Source: Candidatus Hydrogenedentota bacterium (GTDB lineage: Bacteria > Hydrogenedentota > Hydrogenedentia > Hydrogenedentales > SLHB01). From it: a stretch of DNA of 23,412 bases. Of this stretch, positions 1-9,300 are shown in pieces. Made by a program: the position numbers and the translations under genes. The notes beneath the pieces are model-generated. The model was not told where the DNA came from. It saw nothing but the letters and a program-made list of their open reading frames with translations, and ran no database searches. Position 1 is the stretch's first letter, and every line of letters starts with the position of its first letter. The stretch lies in NCBI GenBank assembly GCA_029974275.1, contig JARKSN010000242.1:1-23412 (forward strand), read 5' to 3'.

Positions 1-924
1 CGCGACAACATCGAAGCCCTCGGGGCGACGCTTGTGCCGGCCATGGACGGGACGCAGATTCCTTTGGCGCAACTCGCGGATATTCGTTATGTGCGGGGCC
101 CTATGGTCATCAAAAGCGAAGACAACTTTCTCGTGGGATACGTTTTGTTCGATAAGCAGCCGGGACATGCCGAGGTCGATGTCGTGGAGAATGCCCAGCG
201 GCTGCTCACTGCAGCGACGGCCGCCGGGCGTCTTGTCATTCCTGCGGGCGTCAGCTATGCCTTTGCAGGATCATACGAGAACCAACTCCATGCCCAAAAG
301 ACCCTCGCCATCGTTCTGCCGCTGTCGATGGGTCTCATGTTTTTGATCCTCTACTTCCAATTCCGTTCGGCGACGACGTCGTTCATCGTTTTCAGCGGCA
401 TTCTCGTCGCATGGGGCGGCGGCATGATCCTGGTCTGGCTCTATAATCAGCCCTGGTTTCTGGACGTAACGTTTTTGGGCGTCAATCTGCGCGACTTGTT
501 CCAGGTGCGTCCCATCAACCTGAGCGTGGCGGTATGGGTGGGCTTCATCGCATTGTTCGGCGTCGCGGAAGATGACGGCGTCGTTATCGCGACCTATTTG
601 GACCAAAGCTTCGAGAAGAGGCGCCCGGCTTCCGTGGAGGAAATTCGCGAGGCGACGCTTGCCGGCGGCGTTCGCCGCATCCGTGCATGTTTGATGACCA
701 GTTCGACCACCATCCTGGCCTTGTTGCCCGTTTTCACCTCCACGGGCCGCGGATCGGATATCATGATCCCGATGGCCATCCCTTCATTCGGCGGAATGAT
801 GTTTGTTTTGCTGACGCTTTTCATGGTTCCGGTGCTATATTGCTGGCATAAGGAGTGGATGTTTCAACGCGGCCGGATCGGCGGCGCTTCGGCAACGGAG
901 AGCGTTCCAGCGACGGGAGGGTGA
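1..924 (+). CDS. cusA: CusA/CzcA family heavy-metal efflux RND permease, C-terminal part (5' truncated by window edge)
   Basis: Frame +1 is open from base 1 to TGA 922-924. RND C-terminal motifs: GPMVIKSED, YAFAGSYENQ, SVAVWVGFIALFGVAEDDGVV, RRIRACLMT...LALLP, GRGSDIMIPMAIPSFGG, with several hydrophobic TM segments. Confidence 0.9.
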   Translation, partial: RDNIEALGATLVPAMDGTQIPLAQLADIRYVRGPMVIKSEDNFLVGYVLFDKQPGHAEVDVVENAQRLLTAATAAGRLVIPAGVSYAFAGSYENQLHAQKTLAIVLPLSMGLMFLILYFQFRSATTSFIVFSGILVAWGGGMILVWLYNQPWFLDVTFLGVNLRDLFQVRPINLSVAVWVGFIALFGVAEDDGVVIATYLDQSFEKRRPASVEEIREATLAGGVRRIRACLMTSSTTILALLPVFTSTGRGSDIMIPMAIPSFGGMMFVLLTLFMVPVLYCWHKEWMFQRGRIGGASATESVPATGG

Positions 925-925
925 T

Positions 926-2356
926 ATGCGGAAGACAGCCTGGGCGCTGGCGGCCCTTTTGCTCGTGCCTGTGGCGGCGCGCGCGAACGCGCCGGAAGCG
1001 GACTCCCCCGCGTTTTACGCCGAAAACGACGAACTTCGGGGCTACATTCTCGAAGCGATTGACCGAAGCCCCGCGCTTCGCGCCGCCCATGCGGAATGGC
1101 GCGCCGCCATGGAGCGCGTCACAATGGCGGGCGCGCTCGACGACCCCACGCTTTCCTATTCCTATTTTGCGCAATCAAGCGACAAGCGTTACGGCGTTGG
1201 GCTCATGCAGGAATTCCCCTGGTTCGGCACGCTCAAGGCCCGAAAGAACGCCGCCCTCGCCGAAGCGGACGTCGCGCTGCAACGTCTCCATGTCGTGCGA
1301 AGCGAAATCGTCTTCGAAGTGAAGCGGGCGTACCACGAGTATGCCTACCTGGCCGACAATCTCCGAGCGGCCGAGGCCCAAGCCGCGACCTTGTCTTATA
1401 TGGAAGATATCGTGCGCGCTCAATACGCACTCGCGCTTGTCGGCGAAGACGATCTCTTGCGGACGCAGATCGAGCAGTCTACGCTTCAAGACTACTACGC
1501 GTCGCTGCAACAACTCCGTCCGGCATTGGCGGCGCGTTTGACCGCTGCCATCGGACGCGACGTCGCCGAGGCGCCGGCGTGGCCCCAACCCATGGCCTTG
1601 CCGCCCCCGCCCCCGCCTGCGCCCGTGGTGTTGGCCCAGGTGCGCGCCGCCAACCCGCAATTGACCGCCGCCCAGCACACGATCGATAGCCGCAAGGCGG
1701 GAACCGCCCTCGCGCGAAAAATGGGTTATCCCATGCTTGGCATTGGACTCGAGTTCGAGAAAATGAAAGGCATGCGCGGCATGCCCCAAACGACCGCGCT
1801 TCTCAACGCCGCAGATGCCGGCAAACGTCTCTTCATTGCGGGCGAGATGGATTGGATCGGCGCGGCCATGGATGTCGATATGCTTGCGAGAACGCCTCGG
1901 GAACTGCGTTCTCCAGACGTAAAGGACGACGTCATGGTCACGTTCACCATGAGCCTGCCGATCTGGAGGCAGAAAGTCCGCGCGGGCATTGCCGAAGCCA
2001 AGCGCATGGAAGAAGCCGCCGTGCATGACCGGAGCCAAATGGCTCTGGACATGGAATCCGAAGCTCGTATGGCGATCTACAACCATGAGGATGCGCAACG
2101 GCGGTTGAATCTCTACGATGAGACCCTCATGCCCAGGGCCAAGCAAACGTATCAAAACCTGCAAACTCGCTATGCCGCCGCGGCGGGCGCAGGTTTTCTC
2201 GAACTGATCGACGCGACGCGCACCCTGCTCGATTTCGAACGCGAGCGCGCGCGCGCGCTCCACGATCTTCACCAAGCCGTCGCAGCCATCGAGCGCCTCA
2301 TGGGAGGTCCGTGGGACGCGACTTCCGCGAGTTCGCCGATTTCGTCAAGGGACTGA
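926..2356 (+). CDS. TolC family outer membrane efflux protein (OMF partner of the upstream RND pump)
   Basis: 476 aa, starting 1 nt after the RND stop with GGGAGG upstream. Signal peptide MRKTAWALAALLLVPVAARA. Two OEP-like halves (DPTLSYSY...MQEFPWFG; YPMLGIGL...FTMSLPIW) and C-terminal FLELIDA...AIERLMG. Confidence 0.9.
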   Translation: MRKTAWALAALLLVPVAARANAPEADSPAFYAENDELRGYILEAIDRSPALRAAHAEWRAAMERVTMAGALDDPTLSYSYFAQSSDKRYGVGLMQEFPWFGTLKARKNAALAEADVALQRLHVVRSEIVFEVKRAYHEYAYLADNLRAAEAQAATLSYMEDIVRAQYALALVGEDDLLRTQIEQSTLQDYYASLQQLRPALAARLTAAIGRDVAEAPAWPQPMALPPPPPPAPVVLAQVRAANPQLTAAQHTIDSRKAGTALARKMGYPMLGIGLEFEKMKGMRGMPQTTALLNAADAGKRLFIAGEMDWIGAAMDVDMLARTPRELRSPDVKDDVMVTFTMSLPIWRQKVRAGIAEAKRMEEAAVHDRSQMALDMESEARMAIYNHEDAQRRLNLYDETLMPRAKQTYQNLQTRYAAAAGAGFLELIDATRTLLDFERERARALHDLHQAVAAIERLMGGPWDATSASSPISSRD

Positions 2357-2361
2357 TCTTG

Positions 2362-2386
2362 GGGGCGTAAGTGGCTCCTGCGCCCC
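2362..2386. terminator. GC-rich hairpin between convergent genes, possible bidirectional terminator
   Basis: GGGGCGTAAG-TGGCT-CCTGCGCCCC stem-loop in the 38-bp gap between the OMF and kinase stops; no clear U-tract. Confidence 0.4.
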
Positions 2387-2394
2387 GCGAAACG

Positions 2395-5280
2395 CTATGA
2401 GAGGATCGGATCGGGATCGGCGTCCAAAACTTGGCGCACCTTGCGCAACAAGTCGTCCCGTTGGTAGGGCTTCTGGATGAGCGACACGCCTTGGTCCAGC
2501 ACGAAGTTGGTGTGAATGGCGTTCATGCTATAGCCGCTGGCGAAGAGCACGCGTGTGTCCGGATGTGTTTGGCGGATGCGTTCATAGACCGCGCGACCTC
2601 CCATTTTCGGCATCATCACGTCCAAGATGACCAGGTCGATGTCGTCGGCATGGCGATCGAAGAGTTCCCATGCTTCTTCGCCGTCGGCGGCGAGCAGCAG
2701 CGTATAGCCGGCGTGTTTCAGGATGGACCGGGTCAAATTGCGCACCGTGGCGTCGTCTTCGGCCAACAGAATCGTTTCGGTTCCGCGAGGGGTCGGGCCG
2801 ACGATCTTGCTGCCGACGGCGGAGGCGGAACGCTCGACGACGGGCAGGTAAATTTTGAAGGTCGTGCCTTGTCCCATTTCGCTGTAGACATGGATAAAGC
2901 CGTCGTGTTGTTTGACAAGGCCGTACACGGTCGCGAGCCCCAGCCCGGTTCCTCTTCCCAGCTCCTTGGTAGTGAAAAACGGCTCGAACGCCTTGTCCAT
3001 CGTTTCCCGATCCATGCCGCAGCCCGTGTCGGTCACGCTCAGCAACACGTATCGGCCGGGCTTGGCCCATACGTGACGCACGCAGTATTCCTCATCGAAT
3101 CGGACATTCTCGGTTTCGATGGTGATGGAGCCCCCTTCCGGCATGGCGTCGCGGGCATTGACGCACAGGTTTGTCAGAATCTGTCCGATTTGGCCCGTGT
3201 CGGCGCGAATCGTCCCTAAGTCATGTCCGGAAACCATATCCAGCGAAATATGCTCGCCGATGACGCGTTGCAGCATTTTCAGCATCTCGGCAATGGCGTC
3301 GTTCAGGTTGATGTCTTTCATCTCGAGCACCTGACGGCGGCTGAAGGCCAACAGTTGCTTTACCAGCGTTTCCGCGCGCCGGGACGCCTTGAGAACTTCT
3401 TCGAGGCTCTGGCGAAGCTCCGAACCTTCCGGGGCGTCTTCCATTGCCATGTCGCCGTAGCCCAGAATGACTTGCAACAGGTTGTTGAAGTCATGAGCGA
3501 TGCCGCCCGCCAACTGGCCCACCGTTTCCATCTTCTGGGATTGAAACAACTGTTCCTCGATTTTTCGGTGTTTCTCTTCCATGGCCGCGCGATCGCTGAT
3601 GTCAATGATGATTGCCGCGAACAACGGTTGGTCCGCGTGTTCGAGCAGTTGCACGTGCGCCTCGATGGGATAGCGAGATCCATCCTTGCGCGCATGCACC
3701 GTTTCGAACACGATCCCCTCCATTTCTCCGCGCCGCAACGGCGCCAGCAGGGATTCAAAGTGCTCTCGCGTTATTTCGGGCTTGATGTCCAGCGGCGTGA
3801 GCGCGCGCAGCTCTTCCATGGTGTAGCCAAGATTGTGCTGCCCGGCCCGGTTCACCTGCCAAAAGTTCAAGGAATCGCTCGAGAACAGGTAAATTTCGTT
3901 CAGCGATTCCTCGAAGAGAAGGTTGTGCAGACGAATCGCCTCCTCCGCCCGTTTGCGTTCGGTGATGTCGATCACCGTTGAGATGAATAAATGGTCGTCT
4001 CCCTTCACGACGGACGTGTTGTAGGCGTTCACGTATCGCGTTTCTTCGCCCTCGCGCGCGATGGGCACATTTTCCCAAAACGTTCGTTGGGGATCGCCGC
4101 TGGCCAGATCGTCGTTCACCTGTTTTCTGATCTTTTCCCGGTATGCAGGATCTTTGTAGACGGCCTCCCAAAAGGAATCGGGCGATGCGATGTCTTCGCG
4201 CGTTATTCCGTAATGTTTCAGGAAATTCTCGTTGTGGTACAGGAATTCCACTTTCGGAAACACCGTATTCACGGCGATTCCGATCGGCAAGCTATCCATC
4301 ACCATGCGGAAAAAGGCCTCGCTTTCGCGCAGCGCCTTTTCCGCTTTTCGCCGGTCGCTTACGTCATGCACGAGAGAATAGAGCAACGAAACCCCGTTGA
4401 AATCGATGGGGCCGCTGAACACTTCGACCTCACGCACCGAACCGTCGGCCAGTCGGTGGCAGAACTCGAAATGGTTGCGTTGGCCTTCCCGCGCCGTTTC
4501 TATTTCGCGCTGGATTTCTTCGGGGGTAAGCGTATTGATCTCTTCGATGCGTTTGCGGCGCAGTTCCTCCCGTTGCCAGCCGTAAAAGGCGCAGGCCGCC
4601 GGGTTTGCGTCCACGATCCGGCCATCCTCGGGGCTGATGAGCAGCATCACGGCATGATTGTTCTCGAACAGGCTTCGGTATCGCGCCTCGCTTTGCGTGA
4701 GCGCCAACGTCTTGTCGCGTCGTCGCTCGCCTTCCAGGAAGACATCCGCCGCCACCAGGAACGCGAGCGGATAGAGCGTCAGAATGGGCAGACCGAAACG
4801 ACGCGCCACCTCCAGACCTACGCCCCCGGGTATCAGCAATTGCAGCGCCAGCATAAGGGCGTGCACCAGGACTCCGAACAACAGCAGTCGCCGCCATTCC
4901 ATCCAGCGTTCGTCGCGTTTGCGCAAATGGCGCAAGGCCACGCCCAGCGCCGCCGATTCCACAATCACCGACAAGCCGGCCCAAACGCCGGCGCCTCCCA
5001 GGTGCCACCGGTACGCGCCGGAAAGGGCCGCCGCAATGGCTGCGGTTATTCCTCCGCCGAACAACCCCGCCAAGGAAAGCACGATGGAGCGTCCGTCGTA
5101 AATCACCCCGGGCGCGAACCGAAGCGGCGTCATCATGCCGACTACGCCGACGAGTCCAAACAACAGCCCGGAGATTACGCCCCAGACCCAACGCCGCGCA
5201 TTCAACCGCTGCGTCAACGTCTGAAGCGCCACCGCCAGCGCAACCAACAGGGCAATGTTGTGAATCAGATCGAGCAGCAC
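2395..5280 (-). CDS. Hybrid sensor histidine kinase/receiver: LytS/YhcK-type 5TM input, 3 PAS domains, HisKA, HATPase, REC (CckA-like output)
   Basis: 961 aa, GTG start with GAGGA SD. 5TM-5TMR_LYT-like MMTPLRFAPGVIYDGRSIVLSLAGLFGG; three PAS/PAC units ending DVSDRR, DITERK, DISDR; H-box LAGGIAHDFNNLL; N-box NLCVNARDAM; DTGCGM, FEPFFTTK, GTGLGL; receiver LLAEDD...LDVMMPKMGG...FASGY...QKPY. Confidence 0.93.
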   Translation of the reverse strand: MLLDLIHNIALLVALAVALQTLTQRLNARRWVWGVISGLLFGLVGVVGMMTPLRFAPGVIYDGRSIVLSLAGLFGGGITAAIAAALSGAYRWHLGGAGVWAGLSVIVESAALGVALRHLRKRDERWMEWRRLLLFGVLVHALMLALQLLIPGGVGLEVARRFGLPILTLYPLAFLVAADVFLEGERRRDKTLALTQSEARYRSLFENNHAVMLLISPEDGRIVDANPAACAFYGWQREELRRKRIEEINTLTPEEIQREIETAREGQRNHFEFCHRLADGSVREVEVFSGPIDFNGVSLLYSLVHDVSDRRKAEKALRESEAFFRMVMDSLPIGIAVNTVFPKVEFLYHNENFLKHYGITREDIASPDSFWEAVYKDPAYREKIRKQVNDDLASGDPQRTFWENVPIAREGEETRYVNAYNTSVVKGDDHLFISTVIDITERKRAEEAIRLHNLLFEESLNEIYLFSSDSLNFWQVNRAGQHNLGYTMEELRALTPLDIKPEITREHFESLLAPLRRGEMEGIVFETVHARKDGSRYPIEAHVQLLEHADQPLFAAIIIDISDRAAMEEKHRKIEEQLFQSQKMETVGQLAGGIAHDFNNLLQVILGYGDMAMEDAPEGSELRQSLEEVLKASRRAETLVKQLLAFSRRQVLEMKDINLNDAIAEMLKMLQRVIGEHISLDMVSGHDLGTIRADTGQIGQILTNLCVNARDAMPEGGSITIETENVRFDEEYCVRHVWAKPGRYVLLSVTDTGCGMDRETMDKAFEPFFTTKELGRGTGLGLATVYGLVKQHDGFIHVYSEMGQGTTFKIYLPVVERSASAVGSKIVGPTPRGTETILLAEDDATVRNLTRSILKHAGYTLLLAADGEEAWELFDRHADDIDLVILDVMMPKMGGRAVYERIRQTHPDTRVLFASGYSMNAIHTNFVLDQGVSLIQKPYQRDDLLRKVRQVLDADPDPILS

Positions 5281-5354
5281 AACGGACCGTCCTCATTTGC
5301 GAAAAGTGCAGGAAAATACACGAGTATCACCCTAGCGCAACCATGCCATGCCTT

Positions 5355-5383
5355 AGCGTAGCACGAGCAGGCGCATTCCGCAA
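5355..5383 (-). promoter_or_regulatory. Candidate sigma70 promoter for the LytS-type kinase
   Basis: Minus strand TTGCGG-N17-TACGCT with TGn immediately before the -10 (extended -10), located just downstream of the thiE terminator. Confidence 0.4.
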
Positions 5384-5396
5384 GGCGTCCGGCTCC

Positions 5397-5435
5397 AAAA
5401 AAAACGGGGCGCCGACGCTTGGGAACGCGTCGGCG
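5397..5435 (-). terminator. Intrinsic terminator downstream of thiE
   Basis: Perfect 9-bp stem CGCCGACGC/GCGTCGGCG (5410-5435, 8-nt loop) 3 nt after the thiE stop, followed on the minus strand by CCCCG and T8 (5397-5404). Confidence 0.7.
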
Positions 5436-5438
5436 TTT

Positions 5439-6089
5439 CTATGAGTCGGCGCGCAGGGCCGCGCGCAATGCGCGTGCAGCTTTTCGCACATCCGGGGCGG
5501 AGGTGACGGCCGTGACGACGGCCACGTGACGCGCCCCGCGTTGCAACACTTCGCCGATGTTGTATTCCTTGATGCCGCCCATGACCGTAAAGGGCACGCG
5601 CAGGCATGGCGCGATCGCGTCGATGGCGACGGGGCCGAGCGCGCCCGCAGCGACGGCCTTGGTCTGGGTGGGGAAGATCGGGCCAATGTTCACGTAACTG
5701 GCGCCGGCGGCTTGTGCAGCAACGGCTTGATCGAGGGAGTGCGCCGAAGCGCCCAAGAGCAGGTCGGGGGCGATGCGGCGTGCGGCGGCTATCGGCAGGT
5801 CCGTCTGGCCCAAGTGGACGCCGTCTGCTCGAATGGCCAACGCCACATCGACGCGATCGTCCACCACCAAAAGCGCCCCCGCAGCGGAAGTGCGTTCGCG
5901 AAACGCCGCGCCAAGCCGATACAGGTCGCCGTCGCTCATCTCCTTTTCGCGCAGTTGCACGATGCCCACGCCCGCGTCGAGCACGGCTTCCAGGACGTCG
6001 AGCGCCGATCGGCCTGCGCAGAACGATTCCGTGATGACGACGTAGAGGTCCGTTTCGTGAAACCGCCTCAGCCGCTCCGCGTGCGGCAT
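5439..6089 (-). CDS. thiE: Thiamine phosphate synthase
   Basis: Motifs LYVVIT, VQLREK, DDRVDVALAIRADGVHLGQTD, GASAHS, IGPIFPTQTK, MGGI. ATG at 6089 overlaps the thiS stop (TGATG); alternative GTG start at 6092. Confidence 0.93.
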   Translation of the reverse strand: MPHAERLRRFHETDLYVVITESFCAGRSALDVLEAVLDAGVGIVQLREKEMSDGDLYRLGAAFRERTSAAGALLVVDDRVDVALAIRADGVHLGQTDLPIAAARRIAPDLLLGASAHSLDQAVAAQAAGASYVNIGPIFPTQTKAVAAGALGPVAIDAIAPCLRVPFTVMGGIKEYNIGEVLQRGARHVAVVTAVTSAPDVRKAARALRAALRADS

Positions 6090-6289
6090 CACCCGCCCCC
6101 CACAAAGCGGACCAGTTCGATCACGTCGTCGTGGGCCAGAATCGTCGCCCCATAGGCGGCGCGGTCGAGAATGTCGCCGTTGCGCTCGACGACCGTCGCT
6201 TCCTTCTCGAGTCCCAATTCATCCAGCAATTCCAAGATGCTCATGCCCTCGGCCACGACCCTGGCTTCTCCGTTCACGGTCACATGCAT
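6089..6289 (-). CDS. thiS: Sulfur carrier protein ThiS
   Basis: 66 aa MHVTVNGE...VVERNGDIL...DVIELVRFVGGG with the C-terminal Gly-Gly of the ThiS beta-grasp family; GAGGA SD before ATG 6289. Confidence 0.93.
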   Translation of the reverse strand: MHVTVNGEARVVAEGMSILELLDELGLEKEATVVERNGDILDRAAYGATILAHDDVIELVRFVGGG

Positions 6290-6320
6290 GGCGTGTTCCT
6301 CGTGCAGTCCGTTGTTCGAT

Positions 6321-9300
6321 CTATTGTACCTCAATCATGCCCGCGGCCGTAGCGGCCTGAATTTCCGGTTCGTACATGCACTCGGCGCGCGCGCCGGGCT
6401 CTTGGTACGCGCCCGGCGTGACGGCGCGGACGACATAGTAATGCCAGGAATCGTTGTTCAGGGCGTCAAAGGCCAGGACGACGCGATCGTCGCGGACATC
6501 CATGTAGGACGGCGTGACAGGAGTCTTGAAGGCGTTGCCGGGAGCTGCGCCTTCGGTTAGGCGCGGGTTTTCCAATTCGAAGCCGGCAGGCAACAGGGCC
6601 TCGACGACAACGTTCTTCGCCGCGATAGGCCCGTCGACGCCAAAACGCAGTCCGACGACATAGGTTTCTGCTTGTTGGAACGTTGCGCCTGCATGCTCCT
6701 TGCCATCATGGGTGAAAACACGCCGAGCGATGGACATCTTGCGCGCAATGGGCTCCTGGCCGCCCGTCGTCGGCACGCCGCGCAGGATTGCGGTCACGTA
6801 CAATGGCGCCGCGCCGGTGTTCGTGACCGTGTAGACGCTGCCCGCGCCCCGCCGCTTGTCCCGATGAACGTTCGCGCCGTGAACCGTTTGCTGTTCTCCG
6901 TTGATCGCAACCGTTCCCGATGCCTTCGAGACATCCGGAGCCACACGGGTCAGATATGCCGACAAGGCCGAGATGACGAAAGCGGCCTCCTGCGTGGTGC
7001 GCCCGTTCGGGTAGGCCTTCACATGTTCGACCAGGCGTTGGGCCGTCTCCCGCATCCCTTTCGGATCGTGGTGGAGTTGACACAGCGCAATCAATCTGAT
7101 CGCGTCCGTGCGGACAGGCGAGTCCAAAAGCATGTGATCATCGAGCGGGCCGTCGGGGGCGGCGGGGGCGTCGGCAAGAATGCGTTGCGCGCGTTCGAGA
7201 TCGCCAGCCGCCTGCGCCAAAGCCGCAGCGATCAGGCAGCGAGCAACTTCCGGAAGCCGGGCATCGTCCCATTGCGACAACGCCTGAAGAGCCTTCGCAT
7301 CGCCGTCGAGGGCGAGCGCGTACAACGCATACGCCCGCAGGAAAGCGTCGCCGTGACGTTTTTCATATGCGTCCTCGTCCGGGAGGAACGTTCCTTCCGC
7401 GACGTTGCGCACATATCGTTGAAGCGCGGCGAACGGTTCTGCGGCGGGCTCGATCTCGCGGTCCCGTTTGACGAGCGTGAGAAAATGGAGTGCGTAGATG
7501 CTGCCATAGGGGTAGGGGGGTTGTCCGCCGGGCCAGTAGCTCAGTCCTCCATCGGGCGTTTGCATCGCGAAAAGACGGGTGATGCCCGCTTTGAGGTAGA
7601 GGTCCACCGGCTCTCGGCGCAGTAGTTCGGAATTCACGATCGCGGCGTTTTGACGCAGCAGATACAGCGGCATCAGGCGCGAGACGGTCTGCTCGACGCA
7701 GCCGTAGGGATAGCCGATAAGGTATTGGAGCGCGGGCTCGATTTGGAGGAGGGGGCTGCCGCTCACGCTGATTTCGAGCGATGCGCGCTCGTCCTCGACG
7801 AATTGATCGTTCCGAACCTCGCGGGTCTCGCCCGGCTGGAGGACCATTGCGGAATGCGCCGTTTGGTACGCAGCGGGCGGGCGGACGGGCAGCGGCGCAG
7901 GCTCGGCGAAGCGCTCGATCTCCTTTCCTTCGGCGTCGAACACGGAGGTCTCCCATCGGACTTCTCCCTGGCCGATCTCATTGTTCGCAGCCACCGGAAC
8001 CGCGAAACTGGCTTCGCCGCGCGCGGGCACGTTCACATCCTGCGCCCCGGATGCTTCCTGCAAGGCGCCGGAAATCGTCCACGCCACATGCGCCGTGCAG
8101 GGCGTATCCGTCGTATTGAAAACGGTTGCGCGACATCGCGCCTGATCGCCGGGCAACAGGAAACGCGGCATGCTCGTGCGCAGTGAATACGGCCGCCGCA
8201 CGTAGAACTGTGCGCCTTTTGCGCCCGTGGCATACATATCCGCCGCGACCGCCACGAGACGCAACTGCCCCGTGAATTCGGGCAGGGCGAACGTGGCAGA
8301 CGCTTTGCCGTCCACATTGGTTTGCACCGCGCCCGACCAAAGCGCCACTGGCTTGATCCAGGTCTCGTCGTTCACGCCCGCGCGCGCGGCCAACTCGGCA
8401 TCGCCGCCGATATGCGGCTGCGCAAAATCGTAGGCCACCTTGTCATAGTAGTGCGCGCGACGGTAATCAGGCTTTCGCGTTCGCGACAGCCACGCATATG
8501 GATCGGGGTTTTTGTAGTCGGTGATGGCGTGAATCCCCTCGTCAACTGCCGCAAGCGTCACTTCGCTCTGGACCGGCGCGCCTGCGGCATCATGCACTTC
8601 GACCTCGAACCGCGTCTCGGTCGCAGGGCGAACCTCCTGCGGCAGATTGGGGAAATCCACCGTGAGTATGCGTTTGGGATCGCGGACAGGCAGATGTATC
8701 GCTGCGAAACTCGAGAAGGGATAGGTCTGCCGGCGGTCCGTCTGGACGGCGTGAATGACCGTCGCCTCGATCCATGCGTTCGGGAACAGGTCCGGCGTTA
8801 CGCGCACCGTTGTCGCGCCGACGCCATCCCGGATCGTAACCGGGATCATTTCCTGGATTGATTCATGCTGCACCACGACGATCCCTTGTCCGTCAAACGG
8901 CGATTCGATCCGGACCGCCGCATCCTCGCCGATCGCATAGAGGGATTTGTCGAGCGCGACCTTGATAAGGCTGGGCCGGTTGGAATCGGTCAGTTCGATG
9001 CGATCGCGCCAGTAACGGTTGAAGGGAAGCGTGCTGAATTGCGGCGTTGCGTCGCTATGAACGCGGACTCGGTAGCGGCCCCATTCGGGCACGGTGAATT
9101 TCGCGGATGCCTTGCCGTCGATCACCTCGACCTCGCGCGTCTCGATGGGGTCGAAGGATTCGTCGAATTTCGGCTCGTAGTGACTGTAATACCGGCGCAC
9201 ATAATAGTTCCAGGTCTGTTTTTCGAGGGTGATTTTCACCTTCCCGATGTTCGCCGGAGTTTCGTCGGGATGGATTGCCGCCGCGAAGACGTCGATGCCG

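Noticed and set aside
2243..2260. Perfect 18-bp palindrome GAG(CG)6CTC in the OMF gene
   Set aside because: It encodes ERARAL in a helix of a GC-rich gene; no sign of phase variation or an independent function.
6290..6334. TPP riboswitch, or the longer 81-aa ThiS start at 6334
   Set aside because: The gap is only 31 nt with no TPP aptamer motifs. The longer start overlaps the macroglobulin gene, while ATG 6289 has an SD and gives the typical ThiS length.
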